A stretch of 64,000 nt of DNA, from assembly GCA_963812155.1 (NCBI GenBank), contig CAWETW010000003.1, positions 992,001 to 1,056,000 of the forward strand, in the 5' to 3' direction. A program made the translations under genes and the position numbers. A model generated the notes under the pieces. The model saw only the letters and a program-made list of their open reading frames with translations. It ran no database searches and was not told where the DNA came from. Positions 1-8,706 of the stretch are shown here, piece after piece. The stretch's first letter is position 1, and every line of letters begins with the position of its first letter. This stretch comes from Vulcanimicrobiota bacterium. Lineage in GTDB: Bacteria > Vulcanimicrobiota > Vulcanimicrobiia > Vulcanimicrobiales > Vulcanimicrobiaceae.

Positions 1-2
1 CG

Positions 3-344
3 AACGGGTTCCAGGTGCTGTATCCGCGCAACAACGCGCCACGCGTGCCTCCGGGCAACGCCAACGCCGTGTATGTCGCGGCCAAGCCGCCCCTCGTCGT
101 CGGGAATTCGTATAACTTCCTGCCCGTCGTGCAAAGCGGTTCGCTGCCTTATACGTCCACGTTTGCAACCACGAACCAGTCGATTCCGAATCCGCACACC
201 TCGCCGCAGCCGGGCTCGACCATCTACGTCGCCCAGTTCCTCTATCCGATCGGTCCCCTGCAAACGGTTCAACTCTACTGGAACGACGGTGGCACGGGAT
301 GCACGCCGAACGTCATCGTGAGTTCGTTTACGACCGGACAGTAG
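3..344 (+). CDS. hypothetical (probably secreted) protein, 5' end truncated by the window edge
   Basis: Frame is open from position 3 to TAG at 344; Pro/Ser/Thr-rich sequence with normal codon usage; no family recognised. Confidence 0.6.
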   Translation, partial: NGFQVLYPRNNAPRVPPGNANAVYVAAKPPLVVGNSYNFLPVVQSGSLPYTSTFATTNQSIPNPHTSPQPGSTIYVAQFLYPIGPLQTVQLYWNDGGTGCTPNVIVSSFTTGQ

Positions 345-455
345 GGCTCGCTCGCGATCGCGAGTTACGGGCGAACGACATACCACCCTTGGGACGCTCG
401 CATTTCCGCGCCCATCGGAAAGGATGATTCGGGGTTGGGGCGCGTATTGCCGGGG

Positions 456-1001
456 ATGGCGTACGTGCGGGAGATCGTTACCGACGGGCATTCGGTGCTC
501 CGGAAGGTGGCGAAGAAGGTCGATCTCAAGGAGATCGGCGAGCCGCTCTTTCAACAGTTGATCGACGACATGTTCGAAACGATGTACGCGGCGCCCGGCG
601 TGGGGTTGGCGGCGCCGCAAGTCAACGTTTCCAAACGCGTCTTCGTGATCGACGTGCGCGAGGACGAACATCCGCCCGCGGTAGTGATCAATCCAAAGTT
701 TGAGTCGGCCGAAGAAGAAGTCGAACTGACCGAAGGCTGCCTTTCGGTTCCGGGCATGGTGGGCGAGATCGTGCGGTTCAAGCGCGTTGCGGTGAGCGGG
801 CTGGATCGCGACGGTAATAAGATTCGCCTGGAAGGCGAAGGCATCTTCGCGCAGTGTCTGCAGCACGAAATCGGCCATCTCAACGGCGAGCTCTATATCG
901 ACCGCGCGCGCGACGTGCGGCCCGCCGTCACCGAAGAAGAGGAAGAAGCTGCGGAGGGCGGCGTTCCCCACTCGGGCGACGCCGTCGGCGCGGAGGCCTA
1001 G
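456..1001 (+). CDS. def: peptide deformylase
   Basis: Motifs GVGLAAPQ, EGCLS and QHEIGHLNG (HExxH); ATG at 456 preferred; directly upstream of fmt. Confidence 0.95.
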   Translation: MAYVREIVTDGHSVLRKVAKKVDLKEIGEPLFQQLIDDMFETMYAAPGVGLAAPQVNVSKRVFVIDVREDEHPPAVVINPKFESAEEEVELTEGCLSVPGMVGEIVRFKRVAVSGLDRDGNKIRLEGEGIFAQCLQHEIGHLNGELYIDRARDVRPAVTEEEEEAAEGGVPHSGDAVGAEA

Positions 1002-1015
1002 CAGTCCCCGATCGT

Positions 1016-1843
1016 TTGCGGACGGTGTTTTTCGGGACGAGCGATTTTGCCGTGCCGAGTTTGCGCGTCGTCGCCGAAAAGACGCGTCTTGCCGGCGTCG
1101 TCACGCAACCCGACCGTCCGAGCGGCCGCGGCCATAAGCTGACAGCGTCGCCCGTCAAAGCGGCGGCGCTGGAACTGGGGTTGCGCGTGTTCCAGCCGCT
1201 GCAGCTGAAAGCGTTCGCGCAAGAGATCGACGGCGCCGTGGACCTTTTTGCGCTCGCATCCTACGGCCGTATTTTGCCGTCCTCGCTGCTCGCGGTTCCG
1301 CGACTCGGTTCGCTCAACGTCCATCCGTCGCTGCTGCCGAAATATCGCGGTGCGACGCCGATTCAAACCGCATTGCGCGACGGCGAGCGAGAAACCGGCG
1401 TCAGCCTGATGTTGATGGACGCCGGCATGGATACCGGCGATATCGTGCTTCAAGAGCGCGTCGCCATTGCGGCCGAAGAAACGTATGGCGAGCTGCACGA
1501 CCGTCTGGCCCGCATCGGTGCGGAGATGCTCGGGCGCGCGCTCGATGCGGCGGCAGAGGGTCCGTTGTCGCGACGCGCCCAAGAAGGCGCCGCGAGCGTC
1601 ACGGCGCCGATTCGCAAAGACGACCTCACGCTCGACTGGTCGTGGCCGGCGCAGCGCATCGTCGATCACGTCCGCGCGTATTCGCCGCAGCCCGCGGCGC
1701 GCGCCACGCTCGATGGCGAGACGGTGAAGATCCTGCGCGCGCACGTCGGCGAGAACGGCCGCGTGGAGATCGACGAACTGATCGCGCCGAATCGCGGACG
1801 CATGAGCGGCGCGGCGTACGCGCGGGGACGCGATAAGCCGTGA
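1016..1843 (+). CDS. fmt: methionyl-tRNA formyltransferase
   Basis: FFGTSDFA, VVTQPDRPSGRG, NVHPSLLPKYRGATP, MDAGMDTG motifs; TTG start at 1016 inferred. Confidence 0.95.
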   Translation: MRTVFFGTSDFAVPSLRVVAEKTRLAGVVTQPDRPSGRGHKLTASPVKAAALELGLRVFQPLQLKAFAQEIDGAVDLFALASYGRILPSSLLAVPRLGSLNVHPSLLPKYRGATPIQTALRDGERETGVSLMLMDAGMDTGDIVLQERVAIAAEETYGELHDRLARIGAEMLGRALDAAAEGPLSRRAQEGAASVTAPIRKDDLTLDWSWPAQRIVDHVRAYSPQPAARATLDGETVKILRAHVGENGRVEIDELIAPNRGRMSGAAYARGRDKP

Positions 1844-3174
1844 ACGCGCGCGAAATCGCACTCGCGGTCGTTCGAGACGTGTTTCCCGATCCGGGCTCGC
1901 GCGTTCGCGCGCGCGGTGCCCAGGAGTCGCTCGACTACCGCGCGCGCGGAGCCAACGCGCAAGCGCGCGACCGCGCCTTCGCAACCGAACTCGCGTACGG
2001 CGCGATCAAGATGCGGCGCGCGCTCGACTGGCGGCTGGAGCCGTTTCTAGGAGAAAGAGCCGCCACGCTTCCGCCGGCGATTCGCGAGATTTTACGACTG
2101 GCGGCGTACGAAATTGCGTACACGCGCGCGGACGCGCACGCCACCGTGTTCGAATGGGTCAACTTGGCCAAACGCCACGGCCATCGCGGCCTGGGTAATC
2201 TGGTCAACGCGGTGCTGCGGTCGTATTTGCGCGATCCGACGTCCGGCCCGCAACGCGAATCGTTCGACGACGAGGACGAGTATCTCGCGACGCGTTATTC
2301 GCTGCCGACCTGGCTGGTGCGGCAGTGGCGTGCCGTCTTCGGCGAGCGCGTCGAAGCCGTATGCGCGGGCGTCGAGGAACCCGCGCGCGCGGCGATCACG
2401 GCAAACGCATTGAAGAACGATCGCGACAGCGTCGCCGCCGACCTGAGCGCAGCCGGAATCGCGTCGGTGCCGTCGACGCTCGTCGCAGAGTCGCTGCTCG
2501 TCGATGCCGGTGCGGGGGCGTTGCGGGCGCTCGAGCGCGACGCCGGCGGAGCTTGGTGGACGCAGTCCGAAAGTTCGGCGGCCGTCGTCGCATTGCTCGA
2601 TCCGCAGTACGGCGACGCCGTGCTCGACGTCTGCAGCGGGCGCGGCAGCAAAGCGCTTCAGGCCGGAATGCGTTTGGCCGGTACGGGACGCCTCGTCTGC
2701 GTCGAGCGCGACCCGCGCAAAGCCGAAGTCTTGGCGCAGCGCGCGGCAGAGGCGGGCGTCGACCTCGAGATGGTCGCCGGTGATGCAACCGACGTGCCCT
2801 TGGCCGAATCAGCGTTCGATCGTGCGCTGCTCGACGCTCCGTGTTCGGGCATCGGCGTCGCCGGGCGCCATCCCGAAGCCCGCTGGAAGAAGCTCTCGTC
2901 GGACGGCGAACGCCTGTCGGCGATGCAGCGCGCCCTGCTCGACCGGACCGCTCGCTGCGTACGCGGCGGCGGCACGCTTGCGTACGCGGTCTGTTCGACC
3001 GACCCGCGCGAGACGAACGAGGTCGTCGAGCCGCTCATCGAACGCGGCGATTTCGAGCGCGCGTCGCTGCCCGCGCCGTTCGAGGCGTTCGCGACGCCTG
3101 CGGGCGACGTGCTGATTCCGCCCGGTATCGGCGGCCGCGACGGCTTCTACGTCGCGCGTCTGGTACGGCGATGA
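1840..3174 (+). CDS. rsmB: 16S rRNA m5C967 methyltransferase RsmB/Sun with N-terminal NusB-like domain
   Basis: NusB-like N-terminus (ELAYG...LVNAVLR), DVCSGRGSK SAM motif, DAPCSG and VCST cysteines; GTGA overlap with fmt. Confidence 0.9.
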   Translation: MNAREIALAVVRDVFPDPGSRVRARGAQESLDYRARGANAQARDRAFATELAYGAIKMRRALDWRLEPFLGERAATLPPAIREILRLAAYEIAYTRADAHATVFEWVNLAKRHGHRGLGNLVNAVLRSYLRDPTSGPQRESFDDEDEYLATRYSLPTWLVRQWRAVFGERVEAVCAGVEEPARAAITANALKNDRDSVAADLSAAGIASVPSTLVAESLLVDAGAGALRALERDAGGAWWTQSESSAAVVALLDPQYGDAVLDVCSGRGSKALQAGMRLAGTGRLVCVERDPRKAEVLAQRAAEAGVDLEMVAGDATDVPLAESAFDRALLDAPCSGIGVAGRHPEARWKKLSSDGERLSAMQRALLDRTARCVRGGGTLAYAVCSTDPRETNEVVEPLIERGDFERASLPAPFEAFATPAGDVLIPPGIGGRDGFYVARLVRR

Positions 3175-3827
3175 GCATCTTCGAGCGCATCGAACGCGCC
3201 TGCGCCGCGTTCATCGAGCGCAGTTTCGCGAAGACCTTTCCTAGCGACTTAGAACCCGCGCAGATCGCGCGGAAACTCGTTTCGACGATGGAAGCACAGA
3301 CGCGCACCGAGGACGGGAAGATCTCCGCGCCGGGGCGATACGTCGCATACGTCAATGCCGCCGATTTCGAACGCTTGCAGCCGCATCGCACGTACTTGGA
3401 GCGCGAATGGCGCAGCCTGCTCGAAGAGCTTGCGACGCGCGTCGGCATCGTTTTCACCGACGGGGACGCAGGCGTCACGATGCTGGCGCGCGACGACGTC
3501 CCGGCGGGGGCGGTGGAGGTCGCGACCGACCGCGCCCGCCGCTTTGCGTTGCGGGTGGTCAAGGGCGTCTCGGATTTCGCGGTCTATCCGGTGGAAAGCA
3601 CGGCGCGCATCGGGCGCGGACTCGAATGCGACGTGACGCTCAACGATCCGAGCGTTTCCCGCGCACACGCGGTCATCGAGACTGAGGGCGCGGAGCCGAC
3701 CGTCCGCGATTTGGGGTCGACCAATGGTACGTTCGTCAACGGCGCTCGCGTGCAGGCGGCGCGCCTGCGCGACGGCGACGAGCTGCGTTTCGGAAATACG
3801 CAGATGCTTTTCGAGGCATCCACGTGA
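3171..3827 (+). CDS. fhaA: FhaA-like protein (DUF3662-like N-terminus plus FHA domain)
   Basis: N-terminus SIFERIE...LEPAQIARKL; FHA motifs IGR, VSRAHA, DLGSTNGT; ATGA overlap with rsmB. Confidence 0.8.
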   Translation: MSIFERIERACAAFIERSFAKTFPSDLEPAQIARKLVSTMEAQTRTEDGKISAPGRYVAYVNAADFERLQPHRTYLEREWRSLLEELATRVGIVFTDGDAGVTMLARDDVPAGAVEVATDRARRFALRVVKGVSDFAVYPVESTARIGRGLECDVTLNDPSVSRAHAVIETEGAEPTVRDLGSTNGTFVNGARVQAARLRDGDELRFGNTQMLFEAST

Positions 3828-4246
3828 CGTTTCAAGCCCAGATGCGCGTCGGCACGCTCGAAATCACGGCGGCGCTGCTGCTCGTGGCGATCGTCGCCGC
3901 GCGGCCTCGCGTGCGAGCGGCCGCCGAAATCGGTCGTATGCAGCCGATGCGGGTGGCGCTGGAGGTCGTCGAGTTCGACCGGCGCCGCGACTACGAAGGG
4001 CGTCCGCCGTTCGAGGTGGGCCGGGGGCGCGAACTCGACCTGGTGCTGCGCGACCCGGAGGTGAGCCGGAGGCACGCTCGCTTCGAAAGCCAAAACGGCG
4101 TCGTGTACGTTGAAGATTTACACAGCCGCAACGGGACGTTCCTGAACGGGCGGCGCGTCGGCGAGGCGATCGAGGTGCGCGACGGCGACGCGGTAGATGT
4201 TGGAGCGACGCGCTTGCTGGTACAATCGATACGACCGTGGACGTGA
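3824..4246 (+). CDS. FHA domain protein with N-terminal hydrophobic anchor (FhaB/FipA-like)
   Basis: Hydrophobic helix followed by VGR, VSRRHA, DLHSRNGT FHA motifs. Confidence 0.85.
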   Translation: MTFQAQMRVGTLEITAALLLVAIVAARPRVRAAAEIGRMQPMRVALEVVEFDRRRDYEGRPPFEVGRGRELDLVLRDPEVSRRHARFESQNGVVYVEDLHSRNGTFLNGRRVGEAIEVRDGDAVDVGATRLLVQSIRPWT

Positions 4247-4256
4247 GGGTCGAGCG

Positions 4257-5000
4257 TTGAACGTAGCCATTCGGGGTGACCGCGCCTCGTGCTTGACGAT
4301 TCAGTTGGGGCCGCGAACGTGGCTGCTCGCGGTGACGCGCGGCTTCGGTTCGGTCGACGGCGTCCCGACCGAGCGCGCGCTGCTCGCGCAGCTGCGAGCC
4401 GAATGCGAGCGCCGGCTCCGCCGCGAGCGGTTCCGGCGCGCCGTCGATCGTCCGCCGGCTGCGGCGACCGCGGTGCTGGCGGCACTCGCTCGCGCCAACG
4501 CCGAAATCCACGCGCGCACGCCGGGTCACGACGATTACGTCACGGCCGCCTGTTCGCTGACGGCGGTGCTCATCGTGCGAGGGCACGCCTACGTGATGCA
4601 TTGCGGGGGAACTGCGGCGTACTTGGCGCACGGCGCCGACGTGATTGCGCTCTCCGGCGACGATACGTTCGAAGATGCGGGGATGCCGGTGCTGGCGCGA
4701 GCGCTCGGAACGAGCACGGGGCTCGACGTCGCCGTTTCGAGCGTGCTGCTCGATGCGGGCGACGTCGTGATTCTGACGAGCCGGCGTCTTGCCGGCTCGG
4801 TCGACCGCCGCTCACTCGCCGCGCACGTCGAATCGGCGGATCCAGCCGAGCAGGTGCTGGTGGCGCGGTTCGAACGCGACGACGCCGCCGACGACGGCGC
4901 GGCTAACGATTCGCGCCGCAAAGCGTTTGCGATAGGACCGGTCCTCGTGCGCGCGGCTGTCGCCGTGCTGCTCGTGCTCGCATTGGTATTGGCGCGCTGA
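4257..5000 (+). CDS. PP2C/PstP-like protein, catalytically degenerate, with C-terminal TM helix
   Basis: Occupies the pstP position between the FHA genes and rodA; PP2C-like spacing of LLAVTRGFG, SLTAVLI, HCGGTAAYL, LARALG, GDVVILTSRRL; metal-binding Asp residues absent. Confidence 0.7.
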   Translation: MNVAIRGDRASCLTIQLGPRTWLLAVTRGFGSVDGVPTERALLAQLRAECERRLRRERFRRAVDRPPAAATAVLAALARANAEIHARTPGHDDYVTAACSLTAVLIVRGHAYVMHCGGTAAYLAHGADVIALSGDDTFEDAGMPVLARALGTSTGLDVAVSSVLLDAGDVVILTSRRLAGSVDRRSLAAHVESADPAEQVLVARFERDDAADDGAANDSRRKAFAIGPVLVRAAVAVLLVLALVLAR

Positions 5001-5029
5001 TCGCCGTCCTCGTCCGGCGGTTCGCGCCG

Positions 5030-6238
5030 ATGCTCGGAGCGCTCGCCGCCGGCGCGTTGATTCTCTCGTACGCCCCGCGGCACACCGTCGGTCCGGCATG
5101 GCTGCTCGCACTGCTGGCCGCACTCGCGTTGTGCTGGGTCGGCCTGCAGCCGCGTGGAGGCGTTCGCGACGACATGCTGCCCGCACTGGCCGTCGTGCTT
5201 TCGGCATTCGGCTTGGCGGTCGTGGCGCGGCTCTCTCCGGCGCTGGCGCAGAAACAGCAGTATTGGCTGTTGTTTTCGCTCATGCTCGCCATCGCCGCCG
5301 GACCGGCGTTCACCCACTTTCGGCGCTTTGCCGCGTACAAGTACCTGTGGGTGATTGCCTCGCTCGTCCTATTCGTGCTGCTGCTGGTATTCGGCGAAGA
5401 AATCAACGGCGCGCGGCTGTGGATCCGCATCGGCGCGGTGCAGTACGAGCCGATCGAGTTCATCAAACTCTTCATCGTGCTGTTCTTAGCGGCGTATCTG
5501 GCCGAGATGTCCGACGTGATTGCCAACGCGCGGCCATGGTCGCTGCAGGCCAACGTCAAGTACTTAGGACCGCTGTTCATCGGGTGGGGCGCGTCCATCG
5601 CGATCCTCGTCGTGCAGCACGACTTAGGCATGGCCACGCTGCTGCTGGCGACGTTCGCCGCGCTGCTCTTCGTCGCCACGCGGCGCGTCGACATCGTCGC
5701 GCTCGGGGCGGCGATTTTTGCTGCGGGCGCCTACTGGGCGTCGCGGCGTTTCGCCTACGTGCACGCGCGCATCGCGATATGGCGCAATCCATTTGCCGAT
5801 CCGCTCGGCGCGGGCTATCAGTCGTCGCAGGCGTACTATGCGTTAGCTGCGGGCGGTTTGTTCGGAACGGGGTTCCGGTTGGGACATCCGACCTTCATCC
5901 CCGACGTCGCCACGGATTACGTCTACGCGGCGATTTCCGAAGAGTTCGGACTGCTTGGCGCCGCGATCGTGCTCGCGATTTTCATCGGTCTCGTCCGGCG
6001 CATTCTCGCGGCGGGCCTGGAACAACCCGATCTTTACGCAAAATTGCTCGCGGTCGGGCTCGGCACGACGCTCGGCGTGCAAGTCTTCATCATCGTCGGC
6101 GGCGTCGTCGGCTTGTTTCCGCTCACCGGCATCACGCTGCCGTTCATTTCGTACGGCGGCAGCTCGCTGGTCTCGAACTTTCTTCTGGTCGCACTGGCGT
6201 GGGCGATGAGCGCGCGCCCGGTGCAAACGCAGTCGTGA
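5030..6238 (+). CDS. rodA: FtsW/RodA/SpoVE family SEDS protein
   Basis: Multi-TM protein; INGARLWI, EPIEFIK, QHDLG, GYQ, TDYVY, PLTGITLPFISYGGSS motifs. Confidence 0.9.
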   Translation: MLGALAAGALILSYAPRHTVGPAWLLALLAALALCWVGLQPRGGVRDDMLPALAVVLSAFGLAVVARLSPALAQKQQYWLLFSLMLAIAAGPAFTHFRRFAAYKYLWVIASLVLFVLLLVFGEEINGARLWIRIGAVQYEPIEFIKLFIVLFLAAYLAEMSDVIANARPWSLQANVKYLGPLFIGWGASIAILVVQHDLGMATLLLATFAALLFVATRRVDIVALGAAIFAAGAYWASRRFAYVHARIAIWRNPFADPLGAGYQSSQAYYALAAGGLFGTGFRLGHPTFIPDVATDYVYAAISEEFGLLGAAIVLAIFIGLVRRILAAGLEQPDLYAKLLAVGLGTTLGVQVFIIVGGVVGLFPLTGITLPFISYGGSSLVSNFLLVALAWAMSARPVQTQS

Positions 6239-6675
6239 AGCGCAGGGCTGCGGCATTGCTGCTGGCGGCGTGCACGCTGGCGGGATGCGCGCGCGAAGGC
6301 GCGTCCGCGCAAGCGTCGCGCGAGCAAGCCGGCAATCCGGGCTCGTCGAGCGACGGCGGGCGCATCTACCTGACGAACTGCTCGAGTTGCCATCAAGCCG
6401 ACGGTCGAGGCGTTCCCGGCGCATTTCCGGCGCTGGCCGGAAATCGCGCCGTAACGGGCGACCCGCGCCGTCCGATCGTCGCGGTGAAGTTCGGGCTGCG
6501 GGGACAGCGTCCGGCGTGGGGACTCGGAGGCGAAATGCCGGCGTGGAACGGCCTGCTCGGCGATGCCGAGATCGCCGACGTCGTAACCTATATCCGGTTC
6601 GCGTGGCGCAACGGCGCCCCGCCGGTGAGCGAGGCGCAAGTGCGCGCCGTCAAGGCTCCGCAGAGCGGCCGCTGA
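6235..6675 (+). CDS. monoheme class I cytochrome c lipoprotein
   Basis: Lipobox LAGC, CSSCH heme motif, GAFPALAG and MPAW distal Met; GTGA overlap with rodA. Confidence 0.85.
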   Translation: MKRRAAALLLAACTLAGCAREGASAQASREQAGNPGSSSDGGRIYLTNCSSCHQADGRGVPGAFPALAGNRAVTGDPRRPIVAVKFGLRGQRPAWGLGGEMPAWNGLLGDAEIADVVTYIRFAWRNGAPPVSEAQVRAVKAPQSGR

Positions 6676-6701
6676 GGTGCTCGCACGCCGTTGGGGCGTG
6701 A

Positions 6702-7310
6702 TTAGGCGGCGAGCGAAAACTCCGTGCGAAAGATCCCGTCGACGTAGTCGTGCATGCGGGGATCGATGCGGCGCAGGCGCTCGCGCGTCGCGCGCGGCCA
6801 GGGCGAGGCGGGATCGTTGATGCCGACGTACGCACGCACCGACTCGGCAAAATACTCGTCGATACCGGTCGCGGCATACGGCGTCACGAAAGCGCGTGCG
6901 CCGGTGAAGAGGGCGCGCACGCGCGGATCGACGCCGGAGCGATAAACGCCTCCGCCTAACGCGCAGTCGAGGGCGTGTCCGAATTCGTGCGCGACCGTCA
7001 TCGGGCTTCGCGACCGCAAATACAGCGAACGTTCTTCCACGACGAACAGGCCGGCGGGCGGCGCAGGCCACGCGTCGACGTCGATGCCGAGTCGCGCCAG
7101 CGTCGCGGACGCCTCGCGGTAGAGCTCGCCGGGACGCATGGGCAAGACGGCAATGCCGGCGTCGCGCGCATAAGCAAGCGGCCCGAGTCCAAAGCGCACG
7201 AGCGTTTGGAGGATCGCCGGTTCGGCCGGCCGCTCGTGCCCAGCGTGAAAGAGATGGCGGGCGGCCGATACGGCGTCGTCGTGCATCCGGCCAGCGTCGC
7301 GCTTCCGCAT
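6702..7310 (-). CDS. zinc metallopeptidase, anthrax lethal factor/Pro-Pro endopeptidase-like (ATLF-like)
   Basis: AHEFGHALD (HExxH) and downstream EYFAES third ligand; start uncertain. Confidence 0.7.
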   Translation of the reverse strand: MRKRDAGRMHDDAVSAARHLFHAGHERPAEPAILQTLVRFGLGPLAYARDAGIAVLPMRPGELYREASATLARLGIDVDAWPAPPAGLFVVEERSLYLRSRSPMTVAHEFGHALDCALGGGVYRSGVDPRVRALFTGARAFVTPYAATGIDEYFAESVRAYVGINDPASPWPRATRERLRRIDPRMHDYVDGIFRTEFSLAA

Positions 7311-7405
7311 TACGCCGGCGTGACGTGGGCGTTTTCAGAGTTTCTTCACCCGGCTCGACTAGTGTCGTGGCCACCTGCTCTCTTTGGAAATGTTGAGGTG
7401 CTTCG

Positions 7406-8554
7406 ATGCTCTATCCACGAACCGCGGGATGGGCGCGCTTAGGCGTGACGGCGGCAGCCGCTGCTTTGGTTATCGCGGGATGCTCCGCGCACGACGGCGG
7501 AATGAACGCTGCCGGTGGGCCGGGCGCAATTCCGCAAGGCCGCGCCAATCCCGGACACACGTCGATGTCGTCGGCGTCGATTATGAAACATCTGACGAGT
7601 CAAGTCGTCATCGGCTCGACCCTCGATCCGGTCAACGGCTCGCAGAATCCCTACGGTTTGACGATAGCGCCGTCGACCAACGGTAAACTGACCGCCGGCG
7701 ATCTCGTCATCTGCAACTTCAATTCGAAATACAACCAGCAAGGCAGCGGAAAGTCGATCGTCGCCCTGCATCCGCAGCCGGGCTCGACTCCGATTCACTT
7801 GACGCAGAATGCCAGCTCGCTCGGATGCGACGCGCTCGCGCTCGGTCCGTCCGACGATATCTGGGCTGCGGACATGACTGCCAACAACAATCCGATTTTC
7901 AGCCCAACCGGAAAACTGCTGTTGAACATCACGGGAAAGCCGTTTAGCCAGCCGTGGGGACAAGTCTTCGCGCAGCCGCCGAGCGGACCGCCGGCCTTCT
8001 ACGAAAGCAACGCGCGAACCGGAACGATCGTACGCATCAATCTCGGTTCCGGATTCACCTACGACGTCATCGCGAGCAACTTCCCGCGCAATCGCGGCGT
8101 ACCGGGTACTGCGCTCGCACCGTCGGGTCTCGCGTACGACCCGACGATCGACACCCTCTATTTTGCCGACGGCAAGAACAATACGATCGTCGCGATCGCG
8201 CACGTTTCGACCGCTCCTAAAGGCGGCATCACGGCGATGAGTAACGGCATGCAATTCAGTGGTCCCAACGCGGACAACGCGCGCATCGTGTACGCCGGCG
8301 CGCCGCTCAACGGGCCCATCAGCACCGCGCTGTTACCGAACGGAAATCTCGTTGTCGGCAATACGCTCGATCCCGATGGAACGAACCTGCTGATCGAAAT
8401 CACGCCGGCCGGAGCAGTCGTCGACACGACCAACGTCGACACAGGCCCGGCGGGCGCGCTGTTCGGCATCGTCGCAACCGGCACGTCGTCGTCAGATACG
8501 ATCATATACTTCAACGACGACAATCAAACCAACGTACAAGCACTGATGCCGTAA
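7406..8554 (+). CDS. secreted lipoprotein, probable beta-propeller, unknown function
   Basis: Lipobox IAGC; NPYGL, GDLVICNFN, PSGLAYD segments; paralog of the next gene. Confidence 0.75.
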   Translation: MLYPRTAGWARLGVTAAAAALVIAGCSAHDGGMNAAGGPGAIPQGRANPGHTSMSSASIMKHLTSQVVIGSTLDPVNGSQNPYGLTIAPSTNGKLTAGDLVICNFNSKYNQQGSGKSIVALHPQPGSTPIHLTQNASSLGCDALALGPSDDIWAADMTANNNPIFSPTGKLLLNITGKPFSQPWGQVFAQPPSGPPAFYESNARTGTIVRINLGSGFTYDVIASNFPRNRGVPGTALAPSGLAYDPTIDTLYFADGKNNTIVAIAHVSTAPKGGITAMSNGMQFSGPNADNARIVYAGAPLNGPISTALLPNGNLVVGNTLDPDGTNLLIEITPAGAVVDTTNVDTGPAGALFGIVATGTSSSDTIIYFNDDNQTNVQALMP

Positions 8555-8576
8555 GCATCAACTCGTACGACAGAAC

Positions 8577-8606
8577 AAGCACCGGTGCGATTGCACCGGT
8601 GCTTTT
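8577..8606 (+). terminator. intrinsic terminator
   Basis: AAGCACCGGTGC-GATT-GCACCGGTGCTT stem-loop ending in a T-run just after the stop at 8554. Confidence 0.8.
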
Positions 8607-8617
8607 CTATGACATAG

Positions 8618-8636
8618 GATAATGATTTTGATTAAC
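8618..8636 (+). promoter_or_regulatory. Fur-box-like operator
   Basis: GATAATGATTTTGATTAAC matches the E. coli Fur consensus GATAATGATAATCATTATC at 15/19 positions; AT-rich patch upstream of the 8707 gene. Confidence 0.5.
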
Positions 8637-8706
8637 ATTGAAGCGACATTTATCGTTATCGATTTATCGAGCAGGTTCGACCATCGCGTGCGCGAAGCAC
8701 GGCCGC

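Noticed and set aside
861..887. Peptide deformylase HEIGH instead of HExDH as a sign of inactivity
   Set aside because: Both His, the Glu and the EGCLS Cys are intact, and the changed residue is not a metal ligand.
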